Source of the DNA: Balanoglossus misakiensis
Taxonomy: Eukaryota; Animalia; Hemichordata
Direction: 5' to 3'
Assembly: GCA_040954595.2 (NCBI GenBank)
Contig: CM082587.2
Span: 8,685,403-8,749,402, forward strand
Length of the DNA stretch: 64,000 bases
A program made the translations under genes and the position numbers. Positions 61,201 through 64,000 of this stretch are shown one piece after another. Position 1 is the stretch's first letter. Each line of letters begins with the position of its first letter. Under the pieces are notes generated by a model. It was given only the letters and a program-made list of their open reading frames with translations. It was not told where the DNA came from and made no database searches.

Positions 61201-63699
61201 TCAAATTCAACAGACAAAAATCTTTCTTATGAATGGGGAGGTAAGTTTTAGTTTCAATTGATTGATGAATTTCACTTCATCACTTATTTGATCACAACTT
61301 GTCTGAAGTTAATTCTAATCAAATCAGGTCTGACTTTTTGGAACACCATACATGTAGCAAAACTTCGCATACAAAGGAGTTTCAGGCCTAAAAGAAAATA
61401 CTTCATTGGTGAATGAAGTATTTATGACAAAATGCCCTGTAAGTTTCTAAGTACCAGATATATGTACTTACTTTTCCTTGTTTTCTTTGTTCGCTGGAGT
61501 TTCATCCGCAGTGATACGTGGTGATGACAACACTGATGCTTGGAAAAGTGACACTGGTGTTGATGTCAGACTAATGCCTGCATCATTGGGTAATCCTGGA
61601 CTGTTCAAAAACTGAGGAAAAACCAAAATTTACGTAAGACTTCTGCTTTGGTCAGTCAGTGTGTCAGAAATGGAGAACTTGAAAGGAAACAAAAGTCCAG
61701 CCCAATTTTTGATTTCTGTATTCTCCAGTTACTATTTAATAAATCCTGAATTGAATCACTTGCATATGTGCTTGCATTGCCCAAAACTTCATTGTATAAA
61801 ACTCGCCAAACAGCTGTAGAAATACCAGGGCACAAAAAGACTCATGGCAGCTACAGGGATTTCCACACTTTGCCAAAACTAGTCATCAGCCCTGTAGTGC
61901 CAACACTGCAGACATTTAGAATTCATGGCTATAAACTATAGCTGTTTTACATCTATTATTCTGACATGGCTGTACTATAGACAAGTTTCTAGGTTAGTAC
62001 AAGGAGTGTGTACAGTAGAACATTAATTATCCCAAAACCTGGTGAATGAATAAATGAATGCATACCAGTCATGGTAGACCTTATGGGAATTTTCCCATTG
62101 GGTTGATCGTACATTTGTTTCGTGTGCTTGATCAAAATTTCACCTCTTCTTTTAAAATTCTTTGTCAATTCTGAGAATTTTTGTACAAGTTCAAAACTTT
62201 CGAGTGCTTGATAATTTCAATGTGTTGGCGATTTTCGTCAAGATGTCGCCTGCTGAGGTTGAGCTGAATACACACATGAAGCAAGTTTGGATAACAAACA
62301 ATTTTGATAAAATTGACGCTCAGACAATCGACGTTCTACTGTACATGTGACTGTATCTCATTTACAATAACAGACATATTTACCTACTTGTAACCAACAA
62401 ATGCTTACCTGTGATGGTGAAAATGGAAGTGATTTGATTGGGGTTTGTTTTGGTGACTCTGCCACACATGTCACTGTCCTGACTGCATGGTGATCCTCAT
62501 CCACATGTTGAAGGCTGATGTTATCTTGTTGAAGTGGCACTGACAGAAAAGAGTCATCATTGACTCCATGATACTGCTGCACTTGTTAAGCATTTCAAAC
62601 ATTATTTGACAATAGTCACACTTTGTATTGCTAGACAGTTCTTTTTACATTTATACCCAGATTTCATTTTCATCACCAAAAACAGTTTCTTGTGTTTTTC
62701 ACAATGCAGGTTGGGGTGACAGCCTAAGAAAGTTTAAGACTACTGTAAAACGGGTTATTTTCGCGAGCAATAAATTTTTGCTTAATATGCGAAAGCCAAA
62801 AAAACGTGAAAATAAAATGTCACGTAATGTATCCAGTAAAAATAACAAAACGCGAACATTAATCCTCGTGTAACAGTTGCCTCCTTTGATATCGCGAACA
62901 TTTCTGTTGTGAAAAAAAACACGTTTTACAGTATTTCTACCAGTGTTATAGTTTGACACTCAATTTCAAAAACAATTGTTGACAGTACATAGCAATATAT
63001 CGCTCACGCGTAAATTTGTTCTTAAATTTACTAAGGATGTTATTTGTAAACATTGATTGACTTCAATAGCAGCAACATGCACAGACAAATCATCCCTAAC
63101 TGTACATGAAGCTCTACATGGGAAATGTTTTGTCAGTAAAGGATACTCTTCGTTTCCTGCTCTTCCTAAGTATGGTGGGAGGAGAGCTAAATCTTGATGT
63201 CATCGGTGATGTTAGCGGTATCAATGACCCAGACACATCTTTGGATAATGAGGAAATGGCATGACTATCAAGTCGGTAACCTTGATGGAGAGGAAAAGTA
63301 TTTGTCAATTTCAAACTCTGAAGACACCACTTACAGAAATGTTTACGCATCTGTATGTCAATAACAGCTTGTCTCCAAGTTCCAGGGACATGACCTATGT
63401 ACTCTATCCATATTAGTTGGGAAAGGTTCCAAAATTCACTTTTATCTCAACCTGTGTTTGATGGTACCAGATAAAATTAAACAGAAATAAAAAATGTACA
63501 ACTACAGTGATAGAATATTAGATATTCAAAATTAGACTTACCAGTAACTCCTCTTCTATGTTGTAATTTGGTATATTGCGTTGGTGTGGCACTGGATCTA
63601 TCACAAGCCCCTAATAGTAATTCATATGTACTCAGATCTGATGCATTTCCTTGCTCTATTAACTGTGCAACTGTACTCTCTGGCATCTCAGGGATTCCC
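58252..63699 (-). CDS. MYB: Myb transcription factor (A/B/c-Myb family), C-terminal half; DNA-binding repeats lie beyond the right edge
   Basis: Exons 63699-63542, 63280-63147, ~62576-62409, 61611-61472, 60497-60371, 60204-60097, 59681-59589, 59073-58909, 58365-58252. Conserved Myb C-terminal motifs PPTILRK, TPIKSLPFSPSQFLNSP, FRTPK.RR.LL.TTPRTPTPLKDALA and WEAVACGKTQDQ.LLTQQARQYL...RSLVL*. Confidence 0.88.
62741..62934. mobile_element. TACTGTAAAA-TIR MITE in a Myb intron
   Basis: TACTGTAAAACG...CGTTTTACAGTA; homologous to 12365-12571. Confidence 0.78.
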
Positions 63700-64000
63700 C
63701 TGGGAAAAGATGAAATACGATAATATTAGTCCTAACCCTGCAATGTTGGTTGAAACTGGTTTGATTTCCAGGGTGCCTAGAATCCTGGCTCCCAGGCCTG
63801 TTAGACTGCCAAGTGCGTGTTTATCAGTAAGGCCTATACAAGACCCTCAGACCAATACAGTGCAAACCAGTACGATTTGGTACATTTTACAGGGGGTTCA
63901 AACTGCCAAGCTGTGTCTATAGTAAGTTAAATTATGTATGCTCAAAATATGTTTAAGTGAGAAAATGGCCAATACCGCATTTCAACCACTTGGCAGTGTG

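Overview
AT-rich, intron-rich animal genomic DNA, probably from an invertebrate deuterostome such as a hemichordate, echinoderm or amphioxus (inference only). Splicing exons by hand gives five protein-coding genes. (1) A minus-strand DEG/ENaC channel, with its TM2 exon beyond the left edge. Its extracellular finger region carries an in-frame ~700-aa cassette of 11 symmetric phase-1 exons: LDLa x3, F-type lectin (fucolectin/F5-8C-like) x3, PAN/apple, LDLa. It also has two interchangeable first coding exons, each with its own HG motif and TM1. (2) A plus-strand single-pass LRR receptor with a tyrosine-motif and PDZ-ligand tail. (3) A minus-strand CREB1/CREM/ATF1 orthologue with a GC-AG intron and CRE sites in its own promoter. 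(4) A plus-strand patatin-like phospholipase with a myristoylation motif and inserted EF-hands. (5) The 3' half of a minus-strand Myb gene. Introns and intergenic DNA contain microsatellites and several MITE families, including a triple-nested insertion. The lectin/LDLa-decorated DEG/ENaC is the standout feature. All exon coordinates were read manually and need transcript confirmation.
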